This document shows positions 36,412 through 49,390 of a stretch of DNA of 64,000 nucleotides, one piece after another. The notes under the pieces were generated by a model. That model made no database searches, was not told where the DNA came from, and saw nothing but the letters and a program-made list of their open reading frames with translations. The stretch covers positions 140,618,001 through 140,682,000 of the forward strand of contig NC_058368.1 of assembly GCF_018350175.1 (NCBI RefSeq). The letters are read 5' to 3'. A program made the position numbers and the translations under genes. Origin of the DNA: Felis catus. Lineage: Eukaryota. Within the stretch, counting starts at the first letter, position 1; each line of letters begins with the position of its first letter.

Positions 36412-36905
36412 TGTTTGTTTTTGAGAGAGAGAGAAAGACAGTGTGAGCAAGGGCGGGGGAGGGACAGAGAGAGAGAGAGGGAGACACAGAGCTCAAAGCA
36501 GACTCCAGGCTCCGCGCTGTCAGCACAGAGCCTGATGCAGGGCTTGAACTCCTGAACTGTGTGATCATGACCTGAGCTGAAGTCAGACTCTTACCAACTG
36601 AGCCACCCAGGAATCCCAGAACTCAATTTTAATAGTTGTTCAGGTGACCCTCTTGACTAATAACTACTTTTTACATTTCTCTTTTTTATTTTAATTTTTT
36701 TTAATGTTTTTATTTATTTTTGCAACAGAGAGAGACAGAACATGAGTAGGGGAGGGCCAGAGAGAGAGGGAGACACAGAATCGGAAGCAGGCTCCAGGCT
36801 CTGAGCTGTCAGTACAGAGCCCGATGCGGGCTCGAACCCACAGACTGTGAGATCATGGCCTGAGCCGAAGTCAGACGCTTAACCGACGAGCCACCCAGGC
36901 GCCCC
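36362..36905 (-). mobile_element. Two - strand CanSINEs (~36362-36617 and ~36680-36905)
   Basis: Both end gagccacccagg; the first is flanked by agaactca on both sides. Confidence 0.9.
36363..36410. repeat. (TTTA)12 microsatellite derived from a SINE tail
   Basis: Direct read of 12 perfect units. Confidence 0.95.
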
Positions 36906-37049
36906 AGTTTCTCGTTTTTTAAATCTTGTAATCTGTCAAGGAATAAATTCATATGACCCTAATAGTATAGGAAACTCTAAAACACTGAGGACTTAAAAAC
37001 TATGTGGGTTTTAAATCCCACCTCTGGGAATATGGAACACAGCTACTTT

Positions 37050-38780
37050 TCCCTATTCCTTCCTCCAAGTGCAACTAAAAGCCCCAGACATTATATGTAA
37101 ACAGACACAACACTGTGGAAGATGGAGAGAGAAAAGCCAGACTGGCTAGGGCACCTTGAGATCCAAAGAAGGACATGGAGGCGAGTTTCATGGTTTTCTT
37201 TGAGCTTAAATATCTCAGTCTTGCTGCAGCAGAGTCTGGCAGCATGGAAATGCTATGGGTGCAGGCCAAAATAAAAAATTAAAAAAAAAAAAAAAGCTCC
37301 AGCAAAGACCTGCTGTCTGTGGCCAAAGGATCAGAAAAGGTGCAGCCCACAAAGACAAAACTTTGAGACAGTAACCACTCTCCTCCGGCCACACACCATG
37401 GAAAAAAATCTTGACCCCGCACCACTCATGCCCCAAAGTGGAGAGCCTGGCCCTCCACCCTGGATAGAATCTAACCAAGTATCCAGATTACTGCAGAGGC
37501 CACTTCCGTGGCCAGAAGCAATAATGTGGCCACTCTCCCTTTCCTTGCTGGGAGGTGTCAAAGGAGGCATGGTGGAGTCAGGACTTGGATCACAACGTGG
37601 TGGTAATGAGGCCACCTGCCCCAAAGCCTTCTGCCATCAGTGGGCAGCACATGGGAAATAGTACCAGACACCGCTACTCTCCCAGGCAGAGTGGTACCAG
37701 CACCACCGTAGGTGGATAGTTAGAGCTCCCACCTCCCATTCAACGTAATAAGCAGCCCCCACCTCAGGTGTCAGTAGAGGCCAGGTGGAGAACTTGAACT
37801 TCCACCCTTACTTGCCAGTAATGAGGCAGCACCAGGACCCTTCCCTTGCCAAACCAATGTCAGGGAAACAGATTAAATAAGTCCAGAATCTTATCATGTA
37901 ATATCCAGATTTTCCAAATTTCGGTCAACATTTTAAGAAACAAGCAAGCTATAAATTTTAAAAGATAATCAATAGATGCCAATACAGATGACAAAGATGT
38001 ATAATCATCTGACAAAGATTTTAAAAGCCAAACTAATTTTAAAACTAAAAACTAGAACAAATTTTACAAAACTCAATGGATAGACTCAGCAGCAAAATGG
38101 AGGGAACACTGGAGTGAATCAGTGAACTAGAGAATACAATCATAGAAATTACCAGATCTAAACAACAGAGAGGAAAGATTGAAAAAACAGTGAACAGAGC
38201 CTCAAGGCATCTGTAGGCCCATAACAAAAAGAGTTCACGTTTGTGCCATCAGAGTTTCAGAGAAAAGAAAGGGGAAGTAGTGAAAAGGCCCTGGAAGAAA
38301 TAATGTCTGAGAAGTTGCTGTCTGTGGTCAGAGATGCGGAACCACAGAGGCATGAAGCTGAGTCAACCCCAAAGAGGATAGACTCGAGGAAATGCCCAGC
38401 GCAGAATTCATGATCCCCCCCAACATATTCTTTAGGAATGAAGGGGCAATCGAGGCATTCTTAGATGAAAGAAAGTTAAGAGAACTTGTCGCGAGCATAC
38501 CTGCCCTAAAAGAATAGCCTAGAAAGTTCTCTAAACAAAAAAGGAAATGATAGAAGAACTGTGGGGAAACCAGGAAGGAGGGGAGAACAACTGAATGAGT
38601 ACAAATGCGGGTTCAATACATTTTCTTTTTGCTCTTGAATTTCCGTAATTAGGTTCACAGTTGAAGTAAAAGTTAAAACACTGATGTGGTTCCAAATACG
38701 TGTGTGGACAAAATACAATTGTATTATAAAAGGGGGTTGGCGGTAAAGGTATTATGTAGGAAGTTACGGTTTCTGCACTT
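37050..38780 (+). mobile_element. Ancient L1M-type element: 5' region and decayed ORF1
   Basis: aactcaatggatagactcagcagcaaaatggag...atcagtgaactagag...gaacagagcctcaaggcatctgt (ORF1 coiled coil) and ttcttagatgaaagaaagttaagagaacttgtc...cctgccctaaaagaa (ORF1 C-terminus). The left boundary is uncertain. Confidence 0.65.
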
Positions 38781-39175
38781 TGCTGGAGATCAGATTATCT
38801 GTAAAAATGAAGCAGCAGTTCTTATCAGTTTGGACATTATCCATCTTTTAAATTTTTGTCAGTTCATGGAGACCCAGTTTTATCTATCAGACGTTCTTGG
38901 GAGGGGCACCCGACGGAACCTATCAATTTTAAATACCAACTTTTGAGCCAATAATACCCTACCTTGATGGAAGCATCCATACAAAATACATAATAACGTG
39001 TGTAGAGGGTTGTTTACAATGGTATAGTATATAGACAACACGACGTTTTGCCTTTTTTCAGAAAATACGTAACAAAAAGTTAATAAATCTTTTGGAGAGT
39101 AGCTAGGTCAAAGTAGGGGTAGGTACATAGGCACATTTTACTTTACAGCTTTTCTCTGTTTTTGCTGTATATCCT

Positions 39176-39390
39176 TTTATTTTTTTTTTAAGTTTATTTA
39201 TTTTGAGAGACAGAAAATGTACTCACAAGCGGGGGAGGGGCAGAGAGAAAAGGAGGGAGAGAGTCCCTAGCAGGCTCCATGCCATCAGCACAGAGCCCAA
39301 AATAGGTCTCATTCCCACAAACTACGAGATCTTGTCTGAGCCGAGATCAAGAGTCAGACATTTGACCGACTGAGCCCCCCAGGAGCCCCT
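39176..39390 (-). mobile_element. CanSINE with TSD
   Basis: ctgtatatcct on both flanks. Confidence 0.88.
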
Positions 39391-40526
39391 ACTGTATATC
39401 CTAATACATCAGCTTCTAGGCATTGAGTACAGATGCTTGGCATAAAAATTTATATCATTATTTTATGTTTTCCTTTTTTTTTGTTAACAGGTCGCATCAT
39501 AGTATAGGCAGCAAACTACAAATTGCTTTTTTTCTTCGCATTGTATCTTGGAGATCTTCCTACTCCTCGAGATACAGAACATCCCTGTAGCCAATGTATG
39601 GGACTCATTCTTCTTAACTGCCATGTAACATCCCTCACTATGACTGCAATTGCACTTGATCTGTATCCCCATGTGTAACCATTCTGCTCTATACATGTTT
39701 GGTATTATAAACAATGCGGCCGTAAAGATCCTTCCACACAGGTGCTTTCCATAATTTGATACTGCTAAATTCCCTCAAAAAGACTATACCCATTTGTTCT
39801 TTTCCTGAACCTTAGTCCCCTGTCTTTGCTTTTTCATTCACTGCTTGACAGGTGGATAAGGTAGCAACTTTCCCAAAATTATTCTGGCTGCTGCCCCGGG
39901 CTCCCTCAAGCTTAGAACCATCCCACATTTTTTGTAGATGTTCTTACATTTTTGTAGAAGTTTGTTCTGTGGTTCTCTCTTTAATCCACTTCCAGCCGTC
40001 AGCTGTCTTGCAGGGTCCCTCAGAGTCGTTGATCCATATGCTTTCTTGTTTCTAGTACTATCGTGAATTACTTTAAAAGCCTATTGGTGAGATTTGGGGG
40101 AAAGTGGGTGACGGATACATGAAACTCAGTGTATCATTTTTGGAATTACCTGAGAGTCTCTATTGCAAAATTGAAAGTATTTTTTAAAAGCAATTTGTCA
40201 TTTCTAGAGATTTGAATTGAGACCAGATATCTGGAGCAAGGGCTCAGTTGATCTCCCCCACCCCCCATACTGACTGGCTTATTTTAAATCATCACAGAAC
40301 ATTTTTTTTTTAATGCTAAAAATTCCGTGTACCTTTTTTTAAAAGAAAAAATGAGGTAGATTGATACAGTAGACATGAAATTTATAAAAATAATTTGATT
40401 TTTTGTGTTTATCCCCTTTAATAAGGAAACTTTATTTCATTTCTAATTTGAAAACAAAACCAGAGAATTAAAGTGAGTTACATAGTTAGGTTTCAATAAA
40501 AAGATTCTCAAAACTGAATTAGAATA

Positions 40527-40725
40527 GGGGTGTCTGGCTGGCTCAGCCAGTCAAGCATCCGACTTCACTTGGGTCATCATGGTTTACAAGTTCAAGCACT
40601 TCATAGGGCTCTGTGCTGTCCACAGGGAGCCTGCTTCAGATCCTCTGTCCCCCTCTCTCTGCTCCTCCCTAACTTGTACACGCACACATGTGCTCTCTCT
40701 CTTTTTCTTAAAAATAAATAAAAAC
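40527..40725 (+). mobile_element. CanSINE, older
   Basis: ggggtgtctggctggctcagcc...ggagcctgcttcagatcctctgtccccctctctct...aaaataaataaaa. Confidence 0.82.
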
Positions 40726-41427
40726 ATTTTTTTAAGTCTGTTTCTAAAAAAAAATTGATTGGGATAAACTTCAACAATCTGGTATTTAATAATTCTAAAG
40801 ATAACAGTTTGTTTCCAGTTTTTGTAAATGTTTCCTATAAAAGTTCCCTTTGATGGTGATAAGCTAGTAAAGCTTTGATGATGAAGCATCACTAAACTTT
40901 ATGTAAAAATAGATAAGATAATAAATGATCAATCATAGCACTTCTATTTTAGGGATCCAGAGTTACAAATGAGTCAAGTATTTTTCTTTCTTTTTGGTCT
41001 GGGCCATGGTAGGTCATTTGTTGTAGTAAAGGTACTTATGTAAGTCATTATTTTGAAACATCTTATGTTATAACCAAATGATACCAGTACTCAGTTAACC
41101 TGTTTGTATGTTTCAGGGCAATTGCATTTTATTACTGCTTGCCACCCAGAGCTTTGGTAAAATTAAGCTTTCGCATGGGAAAATGGGCTTCTACCTGGTA
41201 ACTGTGCTTTCTGGAGTTTGGGACAAGCTTCTGCTGTGAGCTGGTGCATTCTGCTCAGTGTAACGTCCACCCCTAGTGATGGCGTTCACATGAGATTTCG
41301 AAGGGAGGGTCCCTGACAGTGTTCCAACTCACTGTCTACTGAGATGTACTCTCTTCTTGCGCTTTCTAGAATCAACTGTGAGAAACTGTTGCACACTAAT
41401 AATTCTCTAACGTGCTGTTTTCCACAG

Positions 41428-41511
41428 GCTTTTTGGAAGGGACATAAGCAACGGGAAGCATATATGCGCAGACGGCAAACATTCATTGATAATACTGAAA
41501 ATATTGTGAAG
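41428..41511 (+). CDS. IQGAP2: IQGAP2 exon F (IQ motif)
   Basis: cacag|GCT...AAG|gtaacc; 84 nt; AFWKGHKQREAYMRRRQTFIDNTENIVK. Confidence 0.96.
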
Positions 41512-42519
41512 GTAACCATGCCTTCCTACCTTACTAAGTGCGTGGCTTGAACCTTGCTTTTCATTGCAGTTCTGCTTCTGGAAGACAGAGTGTGGAAAGA
41601 GTACATGGGGGGCTTAAAGTCAGAATTGAGTCCTGGGTTTGAGTCCCACATCCATTACTCACTTAGCTGATCATCTTCAAACAATTCTGTTAAAACACTG
41701 TAACTGGCTCAGGTTCTTTATGTGGTTATGAGAAGAATAATCAGTAAATGCTCTTTCTCTGAGAAGTCCAAATTGATTACTTAAGCTCTGGGGGAAACCA
41801 GCTATATTTTGCATCTCTCTTATCATATGCACTAATAATATTAACAAGGCTCAAACTTAACAGTCGAAACCTTAGTTATTAGGCAAATGCAAAACCAGTG
41901 AAAAGAAGAAATAGAACTAATTACGACCTGGATATGCAGGGTGAGTGAATGTAACCCAGCTTTCTACCCAAGCTGATGGCTCTCAGTTTCAAGAAAGAAA
42001 CTGGTGCCCACTCCCCAGTGCTGAAAACCAAAGGATTGGCAGAACTGAACTTGCAGACAACATGGAAATCCAGATGAGATTCGGAATAGCAAGGCTAGAG
42101 AGAGATAGGAGTCACATGAGGTTAATTAAAAGACCTTTTTAACTGAGAAGACAGAATGACATCATCCAGATCCATTGTGCTTCTCAGTGCTGTGCTGTGC
42201 TTGCTATGGAATACATGGCTGTTCTCTGGGAGAGCTATAGGTCCCAGTCAGTCCCTCATGAGAACTCTAGACCTGTTACCCATAAACAGCTAAAGGATAC
42301 TGGATGCATTTAAGGGAATGAAACCCTGGACTTTATTTTTGGTTCCCTGTCCCATTGCAACTCTCAGCAAAATGCCTTGAGCTCTTGGTTTTTATTGACT
42401 GAGATTAAAGCACAGTGATACAAAGCTAAATTATCTTCCTCATCATAAGGTATAAAATACTTTGAACCCCTAGGAGAAAAAGCAATGAAAGAAGTAGGAG
42501 GTTAAGATTGGGCTTTGCT

Positions 42520-42956
42520 GGGGCGCCTGGGTGGCTCAGTTGGTTAAGCCTCCAACTTCAGCTCATGTCATGATCTCACAGTTCGTGGGTTCTTGCCCTG
42601 GGTCGAGCTCTGTGCTGACAACTCAGAGGCTAGAATCTGTTTCGGATTCTGTGTCTCCCTCTCTCTCTGCCCCTCCCGTGCTCATGCTCTGTCTCTGTCT
42701 CAAAAATAAATAAACATTAAAAAAAATTTTTAAAAAGATCAGGCTTTGCTCAGCCTTGAGCATCCGACTTTAGCTCGGGGTCATAATCTTGCTGTTCATG
42801 AGTTCAAGCTCTGCATCGGGCTCTGTGCTGACATCTCAGAGCCTGGAGCCTGATTCATATTCTGTGTCTCCATCTCTCTCTGTCTCTCACCTGCTCACAC
42901 TTTCTCTCTCTCTGTCTCTCTGTCTCTTTCAAAAATAAATAAACATTAAAAAAAAA
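42520..42956 (+). mobile_element. Two tandem CanSINEs (42520-42734; 5'-truncated 42751-42956)
   Basis: Three copies of the target site aagatYRggctttg at 42504, 42735 and 42957. Confidence 0.9.
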
Positions 42957-43086
42957 AAGATTAGGCTTTGAGTATTATTTGGTGGGCTTCTAAATTTACC
43001 AGAATATCAGTATTATCCTTAGGTTGCATGAAAAGACATTAAAGGTGTTTTTAGTAATTGCCTCAATGTCTCTAACTCATTTTTAG

Positions 43087-43158
43087 ATCCAGTCCTGGTT
43101 CCGGATGGTGACAGCACGAAGGAATTACCTTTCACGACTACAGTATTTCAGAGATCAT
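43087..43158 (+). CDS. IQGAP2: IQGAP2 exon G (IQ motif)
   Basis: tttag|ATC...CAT|gtaaga; 72 nt; IQSWFRMVTARRNYLSRLQYFRDH. Confidence 0.96.
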
Positions 43159-44191
43159 GTAAGACACACAAGAGTGGATTTTCATCCTTAGAATGAATTA
43201 AATGAATGCTTGGTTGAGTGTTAGCATTGAATGAGTTTTATTAAATGGTGGAAATTTTTTTTAGAAGAGAAGCCAAGTGGAAGGCTGTTGGTATATTGTA
43301 TATGCTGTGTGCACAGTGTTCCTGTCTAGTCATTGTATTAAATAGAATATTTTGTCCAGAAAGAGAAAATGAAATGTTTTCTTACATATTTTTCATCCAC
43401 TTGCTCCCTTTTGTCTTAACACACACACCAAACCTTTTAATTTGGTTAAGCGATACTTTCATGTCTCCCCAGCTGCTGGTGGCTCAAGTTTTAAAACCTC
43501 AGTTGTGACTTAGATGGATAGTTGCAAGCCATACATCAGTAACCTAACATGCATTTTAACAGCAAGTCCAGAGCTAAAGGGTGGAAATGAACAGTAGGAG
43601 AAAACAATAGGTCTTAGAACTCAATATGGTAATATTTGGAAGCTTTTTTTTCTTCTTTGAATTAAGAATTCATGTTCAGAGTGAGACTTCACTAGTGAAG
43701 ACTGAATAGGAAATGTGTGAGAAGAAACGGCTGTGGGCTAGTAATGCTAAAGACAGAAGATTCCAGACAAGTATTTTCGAACACTGCTTACAAAGTTTTT
43801 ATAACTGGTAACCAGTGAAGAAGCCCACAGGAGGAATTTTTTCAGGATCTTGAAAGAATGGATATGTGAACATAGATTAGATCATCTAAATTTGGGGCTA
43901 AAATTATTTTCCCCTTTAGATCTCTTTATAAACAGTCCTATACAACCTTGTTGATACTTTTAGCTAACATATCTGACCCTTTCTTCAAAGAAAATGCAAA
44001 AAATAAATAGTGAACACACCACATCTAAATGCTGTCTATTCTCAATAGTGTCTCTTCTTAAATACTGTCACTTCTGGGTTGATTGGTTGGTTGGTTTGTT
44101 TAATACTGTCAGTTCTTGACTAGTTCTCAATTCGACAATCGTGGAGTAGATGGGCCTCCAGAAGATCATGACTGATCTCATTCTTTTGCAG

Positions 44192-44261
44192 AAAAATGAA
44201 ATTGTGAAAATACAGTCACTAGTGAGAGCGAACAAGGCCAGAGATGATTACAAAACACTGG
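44192..44261 (+). CDS. IQGAP2: IQGAP2 exon H (IQ motif)
   Basis: tgcag|AAA...CTG G|gtaagt; 70 nt; KNEIVKIQSLVRANKARDDYKTL. Confidence 0.96.
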
Positions 44262-44276
44262 GTAAGTTGGGAGCAT

Positions 44277-44582
44277 AACTCTTCCTCCACTAAGGATAGA
44301 GTTATGTCTGGATAAACTCATCATGAGTTGACAATATCCTAAGCCAAAAGGACATTGAACGCACCTACCCTACAGAACATCACAGCTTAGCCTGGCCTGC
44401 CTTAAATTTGCTCTTAGGGGGGGTCTCAGTGGCTCAGTTGGTTAAGCACATCCAACTTAGGCTCAGGTCATGATCTCACGGTTTGTGAGTTTGAGCCCGG
44501 GGTCAGCCTCTGTGCTAACAGCTCAAAACCTGGAGCCTGCTTCAGATTCTGTGTGTCTCTCTCTCCCCGCCCCGCCCCGCTT
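44277..44582 (+). mobile_element. MER47/Tigger-like DNA transposon 5' half (~44277-44413) followed by a tail-less CanSINE (~44417-44582)
   Basis: gataaactcatcatgagttgacaatatcctaagcc...cacctaccctacagaacatcacagcttagcctggcctgccttaaa matches MER47A from memory. Confidence 0.7.
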
Positions 44583-45121
44583 GCAAATAGACTGGTTTTG
44601 TGGTAACTGAAATGCAAATTTTCATTTCTTTCTCAATTCATTCAGCATCTTTATAAGACTAAGGCATTTTTAATCTGAGAAAAAAAAGTCATTTTTATTA
44701 GTCTCTCATTATCCATTTTCACCCATTCCCCCCGGAGAGGCATTGAATACACTCAGGCTTAGAGGTTGCTGCAGCTGTGATATGGCCTGTAAGTGCTGAC
44801 TAAGAAGGTAGGTGATTACCTGCAATTAAAATACCCCAAAGTGATTGTCAGCATGAAGATGTCACAAGCCTACTATTGACCGAAGAAATCTTAAATTTGA
44901 GCCATAATAACTGGTAAAGCTGTAATATTCATTTCTAACAAGTTTATTAGCACATACAGAGATAGAAGGTCATGAGGAGCAAGAAGAGAGAACTTGAGAC
45001 CAAATGAGATGGCTCATGTTCTCCCAACTTAGCTACATACATGAGCTCTGGAGCATCTCTCAGGCTTTTTCTGATACAGCTATGTCACTAGCAACACCTT
45101 TGTTAGAAATAGTAGAACATA

Positions 45122-45349
45122 GGGGCGCCTGGGTGGCTCAGTTGGTTAAGCGGCTAACTTCGGCTCAGGTCACGATCTCGCAGTCCATGAGTTCGAGCCC
45201 CACGTCGGGCTCTGTGCTGACAGCTCAGGGCCTGGAGCCTGTTTTGGATTCTGTGTCTCCCTCTCTCTGACCCTCCCCGTTCATGCTCTGTCTCTCTCTG
45301 TCTCAAAAATAAATAAACGTTAAAAAAAAAATTAAAAAAAAAAAAAAAA
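45122..45349 (+). mobile_element. Felid CanSINE with 17-bp TSD and long poly(A)
   Basis: TSD agaaatagtagaacata at 45105-45121 and 45350-45366. Confidence 0.95.
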
Positions 45350-46470
45350 AGAAATAGTAGAACATAAATTCCATGGGCATCAGGAAGGGAAGGGGGTCCC
45401 AGGATCCAAGGTAATTTCTCCAGTAAAGCCCATCAGAAGCGGCAAAATGCTGATAGTCATGGTGTCTAGATTTAGTTCATGTGAGGTTCATGCTCTTAGT
45501 TATTTGTGTTGCTGGTTTACCTCTTTTTTTTTCCTTCCCTTGAATGTGAAAACACCCCAGAACCAAGCTGGCAGTTAAAGGAAAATTGATTAGGGCCTCA
45601 GTGTAAAGGAGAGGGTGGTGACAGAGTGGCCACACCGGGGCTGATTTGAAGTCATCTTCGTGTTGTTGCTTGTACTCCCTTATCATTAAAAGTCCAGATA
45701 GTTTATTCATACAGTTTGCCCAAGTAGATTTCACTAAATGCCTTAACAAATACATTTTTTGTAAAGTTAGAGTGCTAGGGATTTAATTATAATTCATGTT
45801 CAAAGCACTGAGGAGAAACACTTTTAAACTTCAGACACCCCTCTGAACAGTTGAGGCTGGTCTCCCAGGTTCTGGGTGCCCACTCTTGGTCCATGCTCAA
45901 AGGACAAGGACCAGATTTCAATTTCTAACATAGAACGTGTGTTCCGCTTGTCACTCCATGGGCTCCTGAGTGGCCTTACAGGTCTCCCCTCATTGACTGT
46001 TTCTAATTCACCTTTCACCTAGTTCCTGCTTCTTCCCCCATGGTCTTCTGGGCTGAGAGGAAACTTTCCGTTTCCTGTTGCAAAAACACAAACCCCTTAT
46101 CTGGCTCAGCCCCCAGCTCTCAGAGATAACTTAGTTAACATTCTTTCTCACGTTTCTCATCAATAAGGCACAGATAGATAGAACTTTCTTCTCGGTGGAG
46201 AATCCTGGAAGCAGGATGCAAGAAGGCCGATAAATGAGAATTAGATAACTAGAAAATAGTGAGGCCAGATGACATCAGTGGTGTGCACTCATTTATATGA
46301 TCAGTTTCCTTGTCCAGATTTAACCTGGGAAGAATAAGTCCTTCCAGAGACCCAGGTGCTTCCGCCGCTGTGTTTTTCTACTACTGCTGTATTGAGATAC
46401 CTGATTTCCCTACGACCGATAATAATTCCAAACATGCCTAACTAAAACATGCTTGTTCCTTTCCCCGCAG

Positions 46471-46679
46471 TTGGCTCCGAAAACCCACCACTAACAGTGA
46501 TCCGAAAATTTGTACACCTTTTGGACCAAAGTAACTTAGATTTCCAGGAGGAGCTGGAGGTAGCACGATTAAGGGAAGAAGTCGTGACCAAGATCAGAGG
46601 CAATCAACAGCTGGAGAAAGACCTAAACCTGATGGACCTCAAGATTGGGCTCTTGGTGAAGAACAGGATCACGCTGGAG
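46471..46679 (+). CDS. IQGAP2: IQGAP2 exon I
   Basis: cgcag|TT...GAG|gtcagt; 209 nt; GSENPPLTVIRKFVHLLDQSNLDFQEELEVARLREEVVTKIRGNQQLEKDLNLMDLKIGLLVKNRITLE. Confidence 0.97.
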
Positions 46680-48812
46680 GTCAGTGCGATCTGTGGGGCT
46701 GCTGGCTCTCAGAAGAGAGAAGGGGCACGTACGTTTGCCCACATTGCCTTTGTCCAGCTAAACTCATTCGGAATCCAGGATGTGTGGTCCAACTTCCTGG
46801 ACCATTTTTCTCATGGTTCTCAGACCTGCAACATTTTATGCCCCACCCCTAGATAAGATCTTTTGTAAGACTTCTTTATCATTCTGAAATGAAGTGACGT
46901 GAAATGAAGCCTGGTTATGTATGTCCCTCCACAATAAGACTTTACACGAGTATAGAAAAGTAATGTATAATAAAAACATGGATTTCGGCCTGAAAAAACA
47001 TGGGCCAAATGCAATTAGAAGATGTGCTCAAGTTGCCTGAGGCTTGGATCTCTTCCCAGAATAACCACAGATTGAACAGTCTACCAATAGCTGCAGACGA
47101 GACTCTGGATACCAGTGAGAGGTGGAACTGTAGTGATTTCATCTCCCAAAATGGAAAACGTCTCTTTGCAAAGTTCACAAGAAGCAAGGAGTTCTCCCCC
47201 ACAGAATTGCAGTCCTAGAAAATCCAATATATATTAAACCTGGGGGGAGGTATTTTGCTTTCACCTAAAGCAATTAGATTTGAGACTCAAATAATTACAG
47301 AATTTTGACCTACATGAATGACCAGCAGGACACCGAAAAATCCAGCCATGCAAAATAGGGACAGTTATTTACACAGGACTGTCGTACAAATCGCAGGACA
47401 GTAGTGCTCCCTGCCCCCACCCAGTAGAAGCCAGCAGTCCCTTAGAGTTGTTAGGGTGTTAAAAAAAAAAAAAAACCTTTGCACATTTCCAAAATGGTCC
47501 CTACGGAGTGGGGTGGCCCCCAAAATAGCCTCTAAGTAAGTAATGCTACAGTTTTGTATCTTTATGAAACTTGTTAATGTCAGAGCTCCCTCAAACTATG
47601 TGAAAAGTTTCATTTTTACCCAAGAAATGGAAATTTGTAGGGTAAGATCTCTTACCATGCCACTGTCCCAGTGCCACATCAGTTTTCAGAAAATGTATAG
47701 GTCAAGAGGGGCATAGGGAGCTGACCTTCTGGAAACACTGAGAAAGCTACCATGCGTCAAACATAGAGTGCTCACTGCCACTGACTTGAGCCTATGGTTC
47801 TGGAAAACTGGGAGATGAGCAGCTCAGAAGGCCAGCAGATAAAAGGACATGAACACCCCACTCTTGTCTCCAGCCCTCACAGAGAAATAGTGAAATAGTG
47901 CACAAAAAATAAGGAAAATAGAGCAATTTACAAAACAGGAAATGATACTCTTTTCTAAATATTAAAAACAGTATAGTGTAAATGTTCTGTATTAAGTCTG
48001 TTTTCATTATTTTATCCGGAAGAACCGTAGTCCTCTCCTTTTTAAAAATAATGTGTTTGTGTTTGACAAACATGAGAATTTTTCAAGTGTAATATATTCC
48101 AGAAGGTCCTTCAGAAAACGCCTTTTATAGCCTTAAACTACTGTTTTACCCAATTCCCATAAAGTTGTAAACAGGAAATGCCTTGCCTTTTAAAGTAAAG
48201 GCTAGTTGCAAAATAGTAAATGGTAGAAATAACATGTAGCTTGTTATTCATGTGGATAATGAAACCATGGCAAATTTTCAGGTTTTTTAAATGTTTAAGA
48301 TTGTTCTTTTAGGTAATCCTAATTGATAGCTTTGTGAAACAGCTATTTTTTCAATTTACCTTTTCAAATGCCAAATATTGATCACTTACTGGAAATTAAA
48401 ACTAAGGATTATTAAATATATGGTCTTTAGTCTTACAGTAGCATTTTTAGTTTGATGTTAAGAATAGTACTGTTGAAGCTTTATTTATAATAGTGAAAAA
48501 GTGGGAAATAACCCAAACACAAAAACAATAGAGAACAGCAGTAGGTTATATAGCCACGAAAAATAATTTTTCCAAGGCAGGGGGCTAATTCAAGGGCAGG
48601 GGGAAGAGTGTGCAGTGTAATAGAGAAGACCGTAGTACTTAAAGCAGTACAATTTCATTTGTTGTGGAAAATATATATATATACTTAAAGCTAGGGAAAA
48701 AATGATTTTTCTTGGGGTGGGTAGTAAAATTTAACTTCTTGATCCTTTTTTATTTTTAAACAGTAAGCATATTTTTAGTGAGGAAGAAATACTTTTTGTG
48801 ATGTTTATTTTC

Positions 48813-49390
48813 TTTTTTTTAATGATAAACACTATTATTTTTCTTAATATTTTTTACATTTATTTATTTTATTTTTTTAATTTTTTTTCCATATATGAAA
48901 TTTATTGTCAAATTGGTTTCCATACAACACCCAGCGCTCATCCCAAAAGGTGCCTTTCTCAATACCCATCACCCACCCTCCCCTCCCTCCCACCCCACAT
49001 CAACCCTCAGTTTGTTCTCAGTTTTTAAGAGTCCCTTATGCTTTGGCTCTCTCCCACTCTAACCTCTTTTTTTTTTCCTTCCCCTCCCCCATGGGTTTCT
49101 GTTAAGTTTCTCAGGATCCACATAAGAGTGAACACATATGGTATCTGTCTTTCTCTGTATGGCTTATTTCACTTAGCATCACACTCTCCAGTTCCACCCA
49201 TGTTGCTACAAAGGGCCATATTTCATTCTTTCTCATTGCCGCGTAGTACTCCATTGTGTATATAAACCACAATTTCTTTATCCATTCATCAGTTGATGGA
49301 CATTCAGGCTCTTTCCATAATTTGGCTATTGTTGAGAGTGCTGCTATAAACATTGGGGTACAAGTGCCCTTATGCATCAGTACTCCTGTA
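48813..49390 (-). mobile_element. 5'-truncated felid L1 (ORF2 C-terminus plus 3' UTR) inserted in a SINE tail
   Basis: TSD atgtttattttc at 48801-48812 and 49391-49402; peptide CTPMFIAALSTIAKLWKEPECPSTDEWIKKLWFIYTMEYY...SEISHTEKDRYHMCSLLCGS*. Confidence 0.93.

Noticed and set aside
33857..36905. Repeated units separated by unique sequence, superficially array-like
   Set aside because: Units are ~200-bp SINEs at irregular spacing with TSDs; not CRISPR, and there are no cas genes.
46680..46856. ORF-track extensions beyond IQGAP2 exons (also 4400-4501, 25432-25511, 28128-28172, 30157-30228)
   Set aside because: Read-through past canonical GT donors; IQGAP2 similarity ends at each donor.
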